A stretch of 64,000 nucleotides of DNA from the human T2T-CHM13v2.0 reference genome, Homo sapiens. Below are positions 27,467-42,400 of the stretch, in pieces. Numbering within the stretch: position 1 is the first letter of the stretch; each line of letters begins with the position of its first letter. Made by a program: the position numbers and the translations under genes. The notes beneath the pieces were generated by a model that saw nothing but the letters and a program-made list of their open reading frames with translations, searched no databases and was not told the DNA's origin. The stretch is from assembly GCF_009914755.1 (NCBI RefSeq), contig NC_060928.1; one strand, written 5' to 3'.

Positions 27467-28181
27467 CCCTACAAGATATTCAGGAACAATTTCACACCCT
27501 AGTGGCATCAGAGGGATAGAATCATTACATTCATGGAATTCAGAATTTATTTGTGGACAAAAAAGTAGGAGTAGCTTTTTGTAGGATTTTTCTATAGTCT
27601 AAGAAGTGATAAGGACAATATAGAGCCTATCTCATGAAGTTATATTCATCTTTGAGGTCCTGACTTTGATGCCATTGGTTTGTAAATATTTTCTAACTCC
27701 TCTTATGCTTTTATATGTCTTGTCAATTCTAACAATCACCTATATAGTCATCTTTCCTATTTAACCCAATTTATACTCACACTCCCCTAATTCTGAGTCC
27801 CTTTCATGCTCTAATGACATCTCTCATGACATTAGGAGACGTATCTGCGCCTAATACCTACTCTTTCCTTCCTTATGCTGTTTCTCTAATTCTGAAGTTT
27901 GGGAGATTATGGACCCACTTAGAGCAAAGGCCACTTTCTGTAGCCTACAAATATTTCTAACTTCTGTTGAACTCCACTTACAAGCACGCAGGAAGCAGCA
28001 GGGCAGTAAAAGATGTCATTTTAATCACAGTATGATATTGCATATAAGTTGAATTTAATCTCAGCATCCTTTGGAGTCAACATACCAAGCATTCTGACCT
28101 CTGTGCAATTTGCCCAATCAATGCCTGTTTTTCCTTTCGTTAGATCACACTTCCAGAAATACAGTTTCTAAGATTGGGGGA

Positions 28182-28676
28182 TGTGTTAGTTTCCCATGTC
28201 TGCTGTAATAACTTACCAAAAACTTGCTGATTTAAACAACGAAATTTAATCTCTCACCGTTAGGAATCTAAAAGTCTAAAATCAGTATCTCTTGACTGAA
28301 ATCAAGGTGTTGGCAGGACTACACTCTCCCAGTGGGGGGTTTCCAGGTCATAATCTGTGCTTGCTTCTTCCAGTTTCTGGTAGCTATTGACATTTCTTGG
28401 CTTATGGCTACAACTTTCTACTCCATCTTCCTATCACTTTCTCCTGTTTTTGTCTGTGTCAAAACTCCCTGTCTCTCTCTTATAAGGATACATGTGATTA
28501 CATTTAGGTCTCACCCTGATAATCTAGGATAAATTCTTCCTCTGAAGATCCTTAATGTAACCATATCTTTTGGCACACATAGTAATATTCACTCTTATGC
28601 TTTATAAGATGATATTCGCAGATTATGGGAACTAAAATATGGTCATATCTTTTAGGCCATCATTTAGCTCACAACA
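28182..28676 (-). mobile_element. MLT1 (D/E-like) MaLR LTR
   Basis: TGTGTTAGTTTCC...GCTGTAATAACTTACCA...AAATCAAGGTGTTGGCAGG...CTCTTATAAGGATACATGTGATTACATTTAGG...CACAACA. Confidence 0.85.
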
Positions 28677-30254
28677 GGGAGAATACTCAGAAAAGAGAGA
28701 TTCTATTTCTCTGATAACAAAAAAGCTTCAGGAATGGAGTCCCTAGTTTGGAGAGATGTCATAATTAATTCCATGCATAAATTCACATAGACAGTATATT
28801 TTGCCCTGTCTAATCAATTCTTTCACATCTAATGGAAAAACGTATGGTCCATGATGATATTTTGGGACTCATACATTGCCCATTAGCAGCCACAAGACTG
28901 TTCCCATCTATGCTTTGTCTTAATCACAAACCACAGCCAGGTCTAACTGATTCTTCTGTCAGTAAAGACCAACTGTAGGTTCCCAAACAAAAGGTATTTA
29001 AATTCATCTAATTTCCCAGTGAATTTCAGCACAGTTTGTACTTTTTACACTTTACTGATTTTTAGACACTACATAACTGTTAAAGTTGTAAAGAGTAGAA
29101 AAAAATAGACCCCATTTTTATGCATTAAAAATTAAAAATGGCAGGCATATCAACATCCCTCATTTGACCCTAAATTTTATTAAAGCAGGGGCTAATGATA
29201 ATGGGGTTTCTTTTTGTTCTTTTGCATTTAGCAGTCGTGGTCACTGGAGGAAAGCTGAAAGAAAGTAGTGGGTACAAGGCTTAGTGTCACAGAATTGGGA
29301 AAGATACAGGCTTTGTGACATCCAAGGTTGACATTAGCTTGCCCGTTAAAAGCCAGTCAGTTAGAATAAAATAAAAATAATAAACTTGCCTCTGAATTCA
29401 AACAAGTGTCTTTTTTTCCTCAATGTTATTTTATGCCATAATATAAAGGAACATCACAAAATATTTAACATAATTTCTTCCCTTTGGTAGGTTCAGCCTA
29501 TCAAAGACTCTTTTCTGCCCTGTGTTTTAGAATTTTTAGCATGCTTTCCATTATTTATTTAGGAAGCAAGCATTCAGGAAATTAAAAATTTGGCTCTTCA
29601 CAACTGTAAGTGAAAGAGTAATTTATAAAGGCTTTTAAAAAATACTTTAAACCTTTCAGAACACTGTTAATTTACTGCATGTTTTGGTTTGTCACATGAC
29701 TTTTTAGAATAACAAGATCCATTTAATCTACGAACTCATGCTAATTTCCCCTTGAAAAATGCTCACCACAGTCTCTCTTGCCCTTCTGACAGCTTTTTTC
29801 TGACCAACTGGAGGCCATAAAATATACTACATGCTAAGAATTGTCTACACTTCCTAACTCCCTCACTAACAATGCCTGAAAGGCATAGAAAGATGACTAA
29901 TGACTTATCATGTTTGCTGAACACATGGCTGGTAAGTGGAATGGCTAGGCTGAAGAAAAAGGTTAGTAGGTCCCAGGGTGTGGACTCCCATGGTTAAATT
30001 AAACCGACCTGGAAAATGCTGCCAAGGAGTTAGCCACCGTCTTCCCACCATATTGAAGGGAAGCTGAAATGGGCAACTTAATCTAGTGCAACTTGTTAGA
30101 GACTTTTGATAAAATAATAACACTTTTTTACTCTCATTTGTTTCTCTTGTTAGAAGTTTATTTGTTTTAATATTGATTTGATAAAAGTAACACTAGCATT
30201 ATTTAGGATTGGGGTTCCCTGGGGTACTTTAATCACTTCCCAGCAATAGATTAA

Positions 30255-30593
30255 ATATAACTTTGTAGTAATCTTGTCCCACAAATGTCAGTGGATATAT
30301 AGAGAGATAAATATCTATGCTTATATATTACTATGGCATGGCTAGAGAAGGAAATTCTACAAGCATGCTTATAGAACAGGCAATACATAAGCAAGTAGCC
30401 ATAGCTGTATTCTAATAAAACATTTGTATGAACAATGAAATTGAATTTCATATAATGTAATGTATCACTAAATATTACATTTTTGATTATTTACCCCAAC
30501 TCTTTGAAAATACAAAAACCATTCTTAATTCTCAGGTCCTACATAAAAAGACTGTCAGCAAGATTTTGTACACAGGTCTAGTTTTTGACCCTG
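30255..30593. mobile_element. MER58B-like DNA transposon
   Basis: TGTATTCTAATAAAACATTT, AAAAACCATTCTTA and terminal TAGTTTTTGACCCTG. Confidence 0.65.
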
Positions 30594-32432
30594 CTCTAAG
30601 AAATAGTAGAACTACAAAATAGAAGAAAAAACGTATTCCCCAAATCAACAAAAAAGAGACCTCACTGCCTGAACCTGAGAATACGCTTACTAGTTTAACG
30701 TGTGTGTAAAAAGTACATTTATATTGTGTGATACCATTGAAATTTGGGGGTAAATTTGTTATAGCATTATGATAAATAATATAGATATTTGAAGCAATCT
30801 AGACATATTAATATCTAAAATACATCTTATTTTAACACAGTCAAAAAATGAAATAATAGAAAATGATTTCTAGCCTTCTTGGTTTCTAGTGAGACATCAA
30901 TTCAACCACTCCAAGGTAAATTTTTTTTTTTAAATATTTACAAACGATTCTAACTTTCAAAGCATAGAATCTCAATCTTGGACTTGAGAGTGTGAAGAAA
31001 TTTTAAAAGCAAAAATACAATTCTCAACAAAATATACCTCAGAGTCAATGCTGTGCTTGTGAATTTCCCAATGTGCAAAGTGAAAGAGTTCTAAAATCCA
31101 ATTTATTTTAAGAAAACTCATGGAGCCACATGAACGCATTAAGCTTATTTACCAGTTTCTGTTTGTTTAACAACTCACTTTAAACAAGTATGCAAATATA
31201 TCTATGTCCCACTAGAAAATCAAATAAACTTCTTCTCTAAGTTACACACATTAATTTACACTCATATATTTACACAACCACTTGAGTGAATGATTAGTAG
31301 ACAGATTTTTTCAAAGCTTAGAGAAATTTTTATAGGAAAATTATTATTTGAATAGCATAGTCATCAAGAGAAAATAAGTGATGACATAATAATCCCTTTG
31401 GTGAAGCTAAATTTTACAAGCCCTTTGACCGGAGTGAAACACAGGTGTTGAATAAATGGTAAAGCTTTACTAAATATAGAACATGAGAAAAAATTATCAT
31501 TCAGTTTATGAATTATTCATTGAGTCTCATATTCAATAATTATTTGAACCCTATGGGCTCTTAGGAGTAGGTCAGCATACTCATAGCCACACAGCACAGA
31601 TAGCCAAATCTGTAGAACTTCAGTTTTCTCAAATATTTGAGGAATATTATACATGTTTTTAAGAGAAAATGGCTGCCTTTGGTATTTTCTTCAGGCTATG
31701 CTATTCAGATCCCGCTTGAAATAATTCAATGGGAAGGTTTGATACCTGGGTGTTTTTTGCTGTTGTTGTTTTTGTTTTTGCTTTTTTTGTTTTTTTTGAT
31801 GAGTATTTGAACTTAGTTTTTGGCTTCTTTGACAGAATTTTAAAATGTTGCCTTTATGTCCAAGCAACCCAACAGCTGGTAGGAGATGCTTTAACTTTTA
31901 CCTCTTCCCTATGACACCTGACCTCCTTTTCCTCTATGTGAGACCCAGGAGAAACTAGTAATAGGTATGTATGGAATAATTATTTTTAGACAAAAATCAT
32001 CCCAAGTTCTATTTTAGCAAGTTAGTAACTAATGCCCTGTTACCTCAAACTCTGCAAAAAGGACCCTCTGAAATACACTTAAAGGGACAATGGCCACATT
32101 GAACAAAGTAAAGCAAGAGAGGAGTCTGTCTCTCTCGCGTTTCAACATTTCCGTAAGGTGTGAAAGAGAAAAAATTCAGAATGACTTAATTTCAAGATTT
32201 ATAATGCTTAAATCCCTGAAAAAGGGGTGTAAGGTGACTAATAGCAATGGACCCTAAATTCTCTAAAAAGTCCACATATATATATTTCAAAGCTGCAAAT
32301 TATGACAGAAAACCTAATATGAAGTTAAGGTAGAAAATATGGATTTACTTGTTGGAAGACATAATACAGAATAATTTCAAATAATTTCTTCAATAATAAT
32401 ACTTTACAACCTGACTAGTAAAATTATCCCAT

Positions 32433-32785
32433 TCATATGGTTTCACTCTGTATCCCCACCCAAATCTCCTCTTGAATTTTGGCTCCCATAATTCCCACGT
32501 TTTGTGGGAGGGATGCTGTGAGGGATAATTGAATCATTGGGGCGGTTTCTCCATACAGTTCCTGTGGTAGTTCATGTGGGCTCATGAGACCCGATGGTTT
32601 TATAAGGGGTTTCCACTTTTGCTTCTCTCTCATTCTCTCTTGCTGCCACCACGTAAGGAGTGCCTTTCACCTTTCGCCATGATTGTGAGGCTTTCTCAAC
32701 CACGTGGAACTGTGAGTCCATTAAACCTATTTTTTCCCCACTCTCAGGTATGTCTTTATCAGCAGCATGAAAACAGATGAATACA
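32433..32785 (+). mobile_element. THE1A/B MaLR solo LTR
   Basis: ~353 bp, ATATGGTTT...CCATTAAACC...TATGTCTTTATCAGCAGCATGAAAACAGATGAATACA, perfect 5-bp TSD CCCAT. Confidence 0.94.
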
Positions 32786-32794
32786 CCCATAAAG

Positions 32795-34435
32795 TTGTCA
32801 CACTCTTCACAAAATGTAACTCAAAACGTATCACAGACCTAAATGTACAATGCAAAACTATGAGACACCTAGAATTTAACATAGAAGAAAATCTACATCA
32901 CCTCGGTTTTGGAAAGTTTTTTTAGATACAACGCAAGAGGTATGATCCATGAAAGAAAGAATTGAAAAGCTGTATTTCATTACAATTAAAAATTTTTGTT
33001 TTGTGAAAGACAGCGTCAAGAGAATGATGAGGAGACAAGCCAGAGACTGGGGGAAAATATTTGCCAAAGACATATCTGATAAAAGTCTGTTATTCAAAAT
33101 ATGAAAATAATATAAAAAACTCAACAATAAGAAAAAAAAATGCAACTTAAAAATGAGCCAAAGACCTTGATAGACACCTCACCAAAGATGATATGCATAC
33201 GGCAAATAAGCACATTGAAAGTTGATCTACAGCATATGTTATTCAGGACTCGCAAATTGAAACCATGGGATAGCACTATAAACTTATTAGAATGGCCAAA
33301 ACTCAGAACGCTGACAACACCAAAAGCTGGGGATAATGTGGCACTATAGAGACTCTGATTCATTGCTGGTGGGAATGCAAAATGATACAGCAACTTTGGA
33401 AAACAGTTTGGCAGCTTCCTCTCAAACTAAACATACTCTTACCAAGGGATCCAGCAATTATACTCATTGGTATGTACACAAAAAGTTGAAAAGGTATGTC
33501 CACACAAAAGCTTGCAGACAGATGTTTATAGCAGCTTTATTCATAATTCCAAAAACTTGGAAGCAAGCAACACGTCCTTCAGTAAGTGATTGAATAAACT
33601 GTGGTATATCCAGACAATGATACATTAGTCAGCACTAAAAATAAACTTTAATGCAGTAACTGGAAGAAGCCAACCAGGAAAGGCTACCTACTGTAAGATT
33701 CTAACTATAAGAAATGCTGGAAAAGGCAAACTATGAGACACAAAAAAGATCAGTGGTTTGCCAGGGGTTATTAGGGAGGAAAGGATGAATAGGCAGATCA
33801 CAGAAGACTTTTAGTGGAGTGAAACTACTCTGTATGATAGTATAATGGTAGATACATGTCATTTTAAATTTGTCCAAACCCATAGAATGTACAACACCAA
33901 GAGTCAACTCTAATGTAAACTATGGACTTTGAGGCCAGGCACGGTGGCTCACGCCTGTAATCCCAGCACTTTGGGAGGCCTAGGCGGGCGGATCGTGAGG
34001 TCAGCAGTTCGAGACAGCCTGGCCAACATGGTGAAGCCCCATCTTTACTAAAAATACAAAAATTAGCCAGGTGTGGTGGTGGGTGCCCGAAATCCCAGCT
34101 ACTCAGGAGACTGAGGCAGGAGAATCGCTTGAACTCAGGAGGCAGAGTTTGTAGTGAGCTGAGACCATGCCATTGCACTCCAGCCTGGGCGATAGAGTGA
34201 GACTCTGCCTCAAAACAACAACAACAACAACAACAAAAACTATGGACTTTGAGTGATAATAATGTGTCAGTATAGGTTTATGGACTGTACCAAATGCACC
34301 ACACTGGAGGAGTATGTTGATAATGGGGAGGGTTCTGCAATGTGTGGGGGCAGTAGGTACATGGGAAATCTTTGTACCCTCTGTTCAGTATTACTGTGAA
34401 CCAAAACAGCTCTAAAAAAGTAAGTATTTTAAAAA
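32795..34435 (+). mobile_element. L1MC1-like 3' portion, interrupted by an Alu
   Basis: L1 ORF2 C-terminus/3'UTR motifs, e.g. TTTGTCCAAACCCATAGAATGTACAACACCAAGAG...CTAATGTAAACTATGGACTTTG. Confidence 0.88.
33933..34236 (+). mobile_element. AluS (Sg-like) with (CAA)n tail
   Basis: Full dimer with perfect TSD AAACTATGGACTTTGA. Confidence 0.96.
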
Positions 34436-36208
34436 GAAAGGCAGAATGTTAGCTTTAGGTTTAAAACACATAGCAGAGGTGTTCTGGTTTGAATTGATGG
34501 TTTAGTGCTCTGAGAATACTAGTTTAGGGGTAATTTCCTATTTCTTCCCACTGCAGAAGTGAGTAATTTGATGATTTTCATGCATATTCTAAATCTTCCC
34601 AGAGCTGTCAAAGTGCTTCAGAAACTGAATGTTTTGAATTTTTCCTTCTTGATTGTGCTCACAATGTAGGTGCAAATAGATTGTAGATCAATGTTATTAA
34701 ACTCCTTTATTTTCAAAGTTGGGATCAGTATTTTCTCCCTAGAAGATTTCAGGGGGATTAACTCCAAAGAGCAAGATTTCAGTAGCTTAAATATCCTTAT
34801 AGTGATTTTGTGAATCCTGGTAATTGTTTTCATCAGAAATCTCCCATTTTTATGCAGATTCTTCATAAATTCAAGAACCCCTTCTCCACTATCTGTTCAG
34901 TTCTTGAGTGCTTTTGGGAGGTGTTGCTTCATTTAAGTATAAAAACAAGATGTATACTACTCACCTTGCTCAACTGGAAGATACGATATCCATTAGCTAT
35001 ATGATTTTTCCTCTTAGCCTTTCCCCACACCCTACTTAGCTTGAATTATTAGTCTAAGATATGTAAATTATTAGTCTAATACATGTGAGAACATAATTAA
35101 AAAATTTTAAACATTTGATTATATGTATAATGTTTGCATCAATTAAAAGTTATAATAACTATCATAGCAAAATGTAGTGGTCTTTACTTAGTCTGTTAAG
35201 AACTATTCATCTAAATAATGTTTAAAAAATGACATACTTAAAGTTTCAAATGAGGAAAATGAACCATGATGTAGAGTCATTTTGTTTTGGAATACTTTCT
35301 AATAAACTTTTAGCTCTCTGACTCCTTAATTCTATATACTATTTTTATTGAATCTTTTTTCTGCTAGATATAATCGACTGACTTTGTTTATAAAAAAATG
35401 TTTTGCTAGAAGCATAACTAATCTTTGTAAAAAAAAGGAACTAGTTTTAATAAAATTACAAAGAAAACATATTTTTCCCTCAAAACATTGGAGATGAAAG
35501 GGAAGAAAAAGGGGAGTAAAGATTGAGCCATAAACACAAAGTAATACATGTTTACATATATAAAAGCTGTCAACATACCTCTTTTACTATTTGTGCTATA
35601 TGTGTGTAGGTCATTTTAATCATCATTGATTATGGTAGTTTCCTCTGTCATTATAAGCAACAAGTGTATTTTTGTAGAAAGGAGCTAGTCTTATGAAACT
35701 GACATAAATCCTTTCAGTATTCTACCCTTGTTAAAAAAAAAAAGACAATGATAGTCACAGTTCAATGGACAACTCTTTAATAATTCTGCTGGCACCATAA
35801 AAATGAGAAAAAAGCAACCTTTCATGAGGACAATACATCAAAGAGAAATGACTAAAAATAAATTACTACATGATGAAAAGGTCAGACACTTAAATTACCA
35901 CAGAAGGCACTTATGGAAAACATTTGCATTTCCTGTCAAGTGATCATAAGGCAAAGCATAGACAGGAAGTTAGCATGCATTATCCTATAAAACGTATGTC
36001 CATGAGATCAATTTATTTTTGTCCCAGAATATTACATTTTTAATAAGATTCCTAATATCACTTTTTAAAATTAAGTTTTAAATGTAAAACACAGTCACTT
36101 ACTAGATTTGTTACTCAACATATAAATGTGTCAATTTGTCATTTGCCAAAACGGGTAAGTGGGCTATTTTAGGGGTTCCATTAATGTCTCATTCTACGTT
36201 TCTTGTAG

Positions 36209-36601
<393 letters not shown>

Positions 36602-38820
36602 TGAGTTGCTTTTAGCCCTGCAATTAGAATATTGCTTTAAAACAATCCACTGGTGCACATAAAAAAACAAACTATATCACATTAGTTTACCTAATATTTA
36701 ATATTATATTCTTTACATATTAATTTTGTTTATAATTTTATTCCCCTGGAATATAAGTTCCTTTTGAACAGAGATTTATGCATATCTTAATTTACTCTAT
36801 GCCTATGACTAGAATACTCTGTAATACATAAGTGCTCAAAAATATTTATTTTAAAAACCGTGAATAATAGACAATAATTGGTATCTATTCTTCATCTACC
36901 TCCATTTCATTGTTTAGAGCATTCAATTTATATTTTGTGTTTATTTTCACTCTAAAGTTCATTTCCCAAGTATTGATCACTTGTGTTATGTTTTCTAATT
37001 CTGATTTTAGGACAGGGACATAGTTAAATGTTTTACATTTCTTTAGAGAGAAGGAGCGGCCAGTATCAGGATCTCAATAGGCATTAGGCAGAAAATTGTT
37101 GGGGAAATGGATGTGCCCTCTCCATTACTATTGGACCTTCCCTATTACTCTTGGTATTTTAGGTCTTTTATTCTCTTCCTTTCGTGACACTTCTCCTGTG
37201 TCCTACTTTCTACACATTTAAAGTCCATGAATATAGAAATACAGAGGAAGAAAATAAGAATTGTGATGTTTTCTAAGTATTGACAGAAACACAAATTTCA
37301 GTTATTACCATTATTGCTTTCAGAATAATGCATTTGACATGCATATTTTAAGAATACATCCCTGAACCATAGTAATAAGCCTGAAAGTATGTTAACTCAT
37401 TGCATTATTTAACTTAACAATGTTCAGTAAGACCACAGTTAATGTATAAAAGAGACAGCCAAAAATGTCCCATGAGTTATTAATCAGTATTATTTTATTC
37501 TGGAAATAATGGGAAAGTATCATATCTGTTTTATCAAGAAAATTCCTAAAGTGTGTACTCTTGGATATAAATCTTCAGTCATATTACCAAAAGCCTTTTT
37601 CCTACACAAGTGGTCAGATATCCTTCACATAATATCATGCTTTTCCCTCAAATGCAGACCAAGTATTTATCCTGGTAACATTAAAGCTATAAACAACAAT
37701 ATGATAATTAAGCCAATATAGATAATTTATCTTTGATATGAACCTTGTTATTAAACAAACTTTCTTTAAGAAAATCCAGCCACAAGTGAATTCCTTGGAA
37801 GTTGTATTATGTTTTATAATAAAATGTAATGTTGGGAGATTTTTGTTGCTAAAAATGCCAATTTGGTGAATGTCAACTGATTTGTTTCTCACTGAAACAA
37901 AATCTAGGAGAAAAAAATTTAAATTAATTGTTTAATTCAACCTCATGAGAATGTAGTCTCTTTGATCTATGGATGGATGCACAGGTAAGTAGATAGATAA
38001 ATAGAGGTTAAAAAAATTCACTTGCTTAATTTATTCACTCTGCTTCTTTATCTGTGGATATTACAAAGTAAAGTGCTTTTCTGGCAAACTAAATTGATTT
38101 TAAGAACTATCTAATTGATAGGGGAAAGATTTATTGTGTGTCTAGTATCCCTCTGATTTTCATGTAACAGGTTGATTGTTGATATAATAATCAATGTAAG
38201 TAGCAATTTATACTTGTAATAAGAATCCTAGTAAGTATAAAAGCAGTGACAAATCCATGCATTAATAAATTTGCTCAGAAGGTATTTTGGGGGAATTTTT
38301 TTAATGTGATTGCCAAATTTACTCAAACTTCAAACATAAATAAATTTCATTAATACAATATTAAAATGATGATACTACAAATAACATTAAAGGAGCTCTC
38401 TGAATCCCTTTTGACTCTCTGTATGCCAAAATTAGAAGAGCTTTTTCAAATGATAATCTAATTTTGCCACTCTCTTGCTAAAAAATGATAAAATGAAATA
38501 ACCAAATAACCAAAAAACTATAATTAAACTTTTAACGGCTTCCTTTTGATATTTACATAAACAAAGAAGGCCTTCACCTTACTTGGGAGCTATGGCATTG
38601 CCTGACTTCCCCACCTCTCCCCTCACTCTGCTTTTCTGGCTCTGGATGCCCAGCCATAATCTCAGCTCAAGTGCTGGTTCCACAGGGAATCCCTCCCTGA
38701 ATGGTTAAATTCCTTTCAGAAAGTTATGTTTTTCCCTCACCTCTCTCTCACAGGAAATCTCAATTCTCTTTCCAAATAGGAAATTTATCATTATTATTAT
38801 TATTTAACATGTATTATTAA

Positions 38821-39321
38821 TGTTAGGAGACAATTCATGTGAATCTTCCATGTCTGCTCATCTTATAGCAAGGCACCAACTGCTCTGCTAGAAAATCTTT
38901 TCGAGGAAGAGTAAATTTGCAAAGAGACTTAGAACATAGAGATAAGGCTTTCCTCTGAGAGAAAGGGCATAATTTTTCACTGTCCTTTATAATAAATATA
39001 ATGTTTCCCTCTAGAGTAAAACAGAGGGAGGCTTACTACCATTATAAAATTCTTGGTTATCTAAGTTCAGGATCTTTCTCCTGCAATGAAATCCATGGTG
39101 TGTGCAGGTATCTGGCTGGGTCCAGCCATGTTGCCCCATGGGACTAGGAACAAGAGGAGTGAATAAATATGCTGATGTTCCATGTTGCCTTCTGTTTCAC
39201 AGGTAATCAGGTCCTCTATCTGTGACCCAGGAGTGTTTTACAAGCATCCATAGAATGAAAACAGGCAGATTTGTTAGATTACAGGTAGGGTAAAATCTCA
39301 AACTCTTCATAATTCTTAATA
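38821..39321 (+). mobile_element. LTR40-like solo LTR
   Basis: TGTTAGGAGACAATTC start and GGTAGGGTAAAATCTCAAACTCTTCATAATTCTT end; similar to the LTR at 2483. Confidence 0.8.
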
Positions 39322-39453
39322 ATGCATGAAAAGAGGAGGAAAAATATGAGCCATATAACAAAATACAAAGAAAACAATGGAGAAAAATGAGTTCAAAATA
39401 GTAGGGAATAGCAAGAAATTATGAAACCACATACATAAGAAAATAAAAGTCAC

Positions 39454-39753
39454 GGCCGGGCGCAGTGGCTCACACCTGTAATCCCAGCACTTTGGGAGGC
39501 CGAGACTGGTGGATCACCAGGTCAGGAGATGGAACCATCCTGGCTAACACGGTGAAACCCCCTCTTTACTAAAAATACAAAAAAAAAAAAAAAAATTCGT
39601 CAGGTGTGGTGGGGGGCACCTGTAGTCCAAGCTACTCGGGAGGCTGAGGCAGCAGAATGGCGAGAACCCGGGAGGAGGAGCTTGCAGTGAGCCGAGATCG
39701 CGCCACTGCGCTTCAGCCTGGGCGACAGAGCGAGACTCCGTCTCAAAAAAAAA
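39454..39753 (+). mobile_element. AluY
   Basis: CCATCCTGGCTAACACGGTGAAACCC and GAATGGCG...GGAGCTTGCAGTGAGCCGAGATCGCGCC; TSD aagaaaa(t/g)aaaagtcac. Confidence 0.96.
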
Positions 39754-40364
39754 ATGAAAGAAAAGAAAAGTCACACTTAATATCACCACCCAAAGATACC
39801 CCGTGCCAGTTGTTTGGTACATATATGTATTTAGAAATGATCTATATATGTGTTTACTTATAATAATCTATGTGATCTCTATATATGTTTATTTATAATA
39901 ATAATTTATGATTATTAAAACAATGTTGTGATAAACACTCCTTTTCCATACGTCTATGAGATCTGGTCTGATTATTTCTAGCACATACATTTCTAGAAGC
40001 AAATTTTCAAATCAAAGATGAAATGCTTCCTGCTCCATTTCACTGCCTTCCAGAAAGGCAGTTTAAATGGTAATAAGTACTTTGAAGACAAACAAAGAAG
40101 CAAAAGTGGTTGTGTTGCACTTTTATATAGAAAGCTAAAAGCTGAAATGTTAACATTTGAGAAAAGAAAAAAAAAACTGAAGGAGGTGAAGGAAGAATCT
40201 ATGAAAATTCCAATTAGAGGAAACTGTGAGTAAAGTCACTCTGAGAAGCAAAAAAGTCGGCTTGACCTGTTAGAGGGATAGCAAGTGGGCAGCATAACCT
40301 CAGATAAGCAAGGAGTATAAATAGTAGAAGAAAAGGTCAGAAATGTAATGGAAGCTCAGACTTA

Positions 40365-40825
40365 CGGGGCTGTGGAGGGAGTCAATCCACCATGGGGCTT
40401 GGCCACCTGTACTTTCCCTTGGGGTATGCCAAGAACAGGCCCTGACTGTTCCTTATCCCAACTGTTTCCTGGGGTTGAATTTCCATCCAACAACCATGAG
40501 TTTGAGATAATATCTCCCTCAGCAAAGGGCAGGCTTGCTCCCACTTACAATAAAAGTGGCAAAACTCCAAGCTCGATGTTCTTCTCAATTGCAGTCCAAC
40601 GGGCGAAATGGTAGCCATTTCAGCATGAGTACTGTGCCCATGGAACTTTGGGACATGGGGAACCAACACAAACATGAAGCTCTGGTTACAGCTTTTGCTT
40701 TAATAAAGTTCTAGTTTAACAAAGCCAGGAATCTCATGCTTTCTGCCAGTGTTCATGAAACAATAACAGGCTAACTTTTAGCTTGCAAGTAGGGTAAAAT
40801 TTCAAAACTTCCACAGCTCTTGACA
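40365..40825 (+). mobile_element. LTR40-family solo LTR nested in an L2 fragment
   Basis: AATAAAGTT...CCAGGAATCTCATGCTTTCTGCCAG...GCTTGCAAGTAGGGTAAAATTTCAAAACTTCCACAGCTCTTGACA. Confidence 0.75.
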
Positions 40826-41200
40826 AAGTCATGTTAACCACTGTAAATGTAAAAACCATTTTGGTTTTTACCCTGAGTGATAAGAAGAATCGTTATAGAG
40901 TTTGAGCATAAGGGTTAATATGAGGAGTTTTAAAGGATCACTCTCAGCTGTGTAGACTGAAACAAAAGTACAATAAAACAAGGATGACACAAAAAGCCAC
41001 ATAGTTAGGAAGTAATTCCATTAACACAGGCAAGACATGACGGTGGTCTAAACAAAAGTGATAGCAGTGGAGGTGATGAGAAGTGGCTGCATTCTAATAT
41101 ATTTTGAAGATAGAGATAACAACATTTGCCTAAAGGTTAGATGTGGTATATAATAAAAAATGATCATGATGAATTACTAAAAGGATTGAGCTAGAATTAA
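40826..41200 (-). mobile_element. L2 fragment
   Basis: TTTTAAAGGATCACTCT...CAGGCAAGACATGACGGTGGTCT...GCAGTGGAGGTGATGAGAAGTGG. Confidence 0.7.
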
Positions 41201-41229
41201 TTGAATTTGTATGAGAAGGTCAGGTTTGG

Positions 41230-42400
41230 AAAGTTCAGATTTTTCCTTCCATTTTTGGTTTCATAAGACATTTAATCATGAATTAGTATTGAGGGGTATT
41301 GAAATTTAATAAATATCTGCATCTAATGAGAAGATTATAAGTTTTATTTCTTTTATTGTATTAATTACATTGACTAGTTTTTGGATTTCAAACCAAACTG
41401 GCTTATTTTCTTAGAATACGCAATACTGAGCTGTGATGCATTATCATTTTACATAGGCTTGACTGTGCTAATTTTAAAAAAGAATTTACATATGTATTCA
41501 TAAGCAATATTAACATATACTTTTTAAAAAGTTCTTGTCTGATTTTAATTTAATTAATCACAATTAATTTTTAAAAGTTAAAATCCTATTAATTAGAAGT
41601 ATGTATACAATATTTGTTTTTCATCATTAAATATTTAAAATAATTAATGAGGAAAACACTTATGTCTAGAGATTTCTGTTTTGAATGAGATAAGATAAAT
41701 TTTTCTAGAAGTTTGTACATTTAACCAAAAGTACCAAATCTATTACAGCAAAGTGGTTGGTAATTAGCCCTTAGGATTTTTTTAATGTCTGTAGGATCTC
41801 TAGTTATCCAGTGGCACACCTTTTCCCATATTTGATAGGAGATTTGTCTATTTTTCTTTACAGGGATAAATCTTTTTTATTAGTAATTCCCCCTAAAACC
41901 AGCTTTAGGTGAGCTGAATTTCTCTACTACGTATTTGATTTCTATTTGATTAATGATTTATCTTACATTTCTTATTTCCTTATTTCTACTTTTAGTTTTA
42001 ATGACTGATTCTTATTCTACTGTCTTGAGTTAAATACTTAAAATGATAATTCTCAACTTTCTAAAAATTTTCTAACATACCAAATTTAAGGTTATATGAT
42101 TCTCACTAACACGAATTTATCTATATTCCAAATGTCTTCATATTTTCATGTTTGATAATCTTATTTTCATTCAGTTTGAAATATTTTCTAACCTTAATTG
42201 TAACTTTTTCTTTGATAATGGGTTATTTACAAGAATATTCCTTGATATTCACACATTGAGAACTTATTTATTTATTTTTTAATTGATTGATTTTAGCTGA
42301 ATTTCACTATGTGTAAGAACATAGTGTGAATAAATAGTTGAGATTTGCTTTACAACCCAAGTATTTGTCCTGGTCACAACAAAAGGTAGATTTTTGGTAG
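41230..42400 (-). mobile_element. Old L1M fragments
   Basis: Degenerate antisense ORF2-like T-rich sequence (TTTTCATTCAGTTTGAAATATTTTCTAA...). Confidence 0.5.

Noticed and set aside
26417-28120. 16-mer GCAATTTGCCCAATCA present twice (near 26417 and 28105), containing CCAAT
   Set aside because: A single 16-mer match is plausible by chance in 64 kb of AT-rich DNA, and the flanks do not extend the match.
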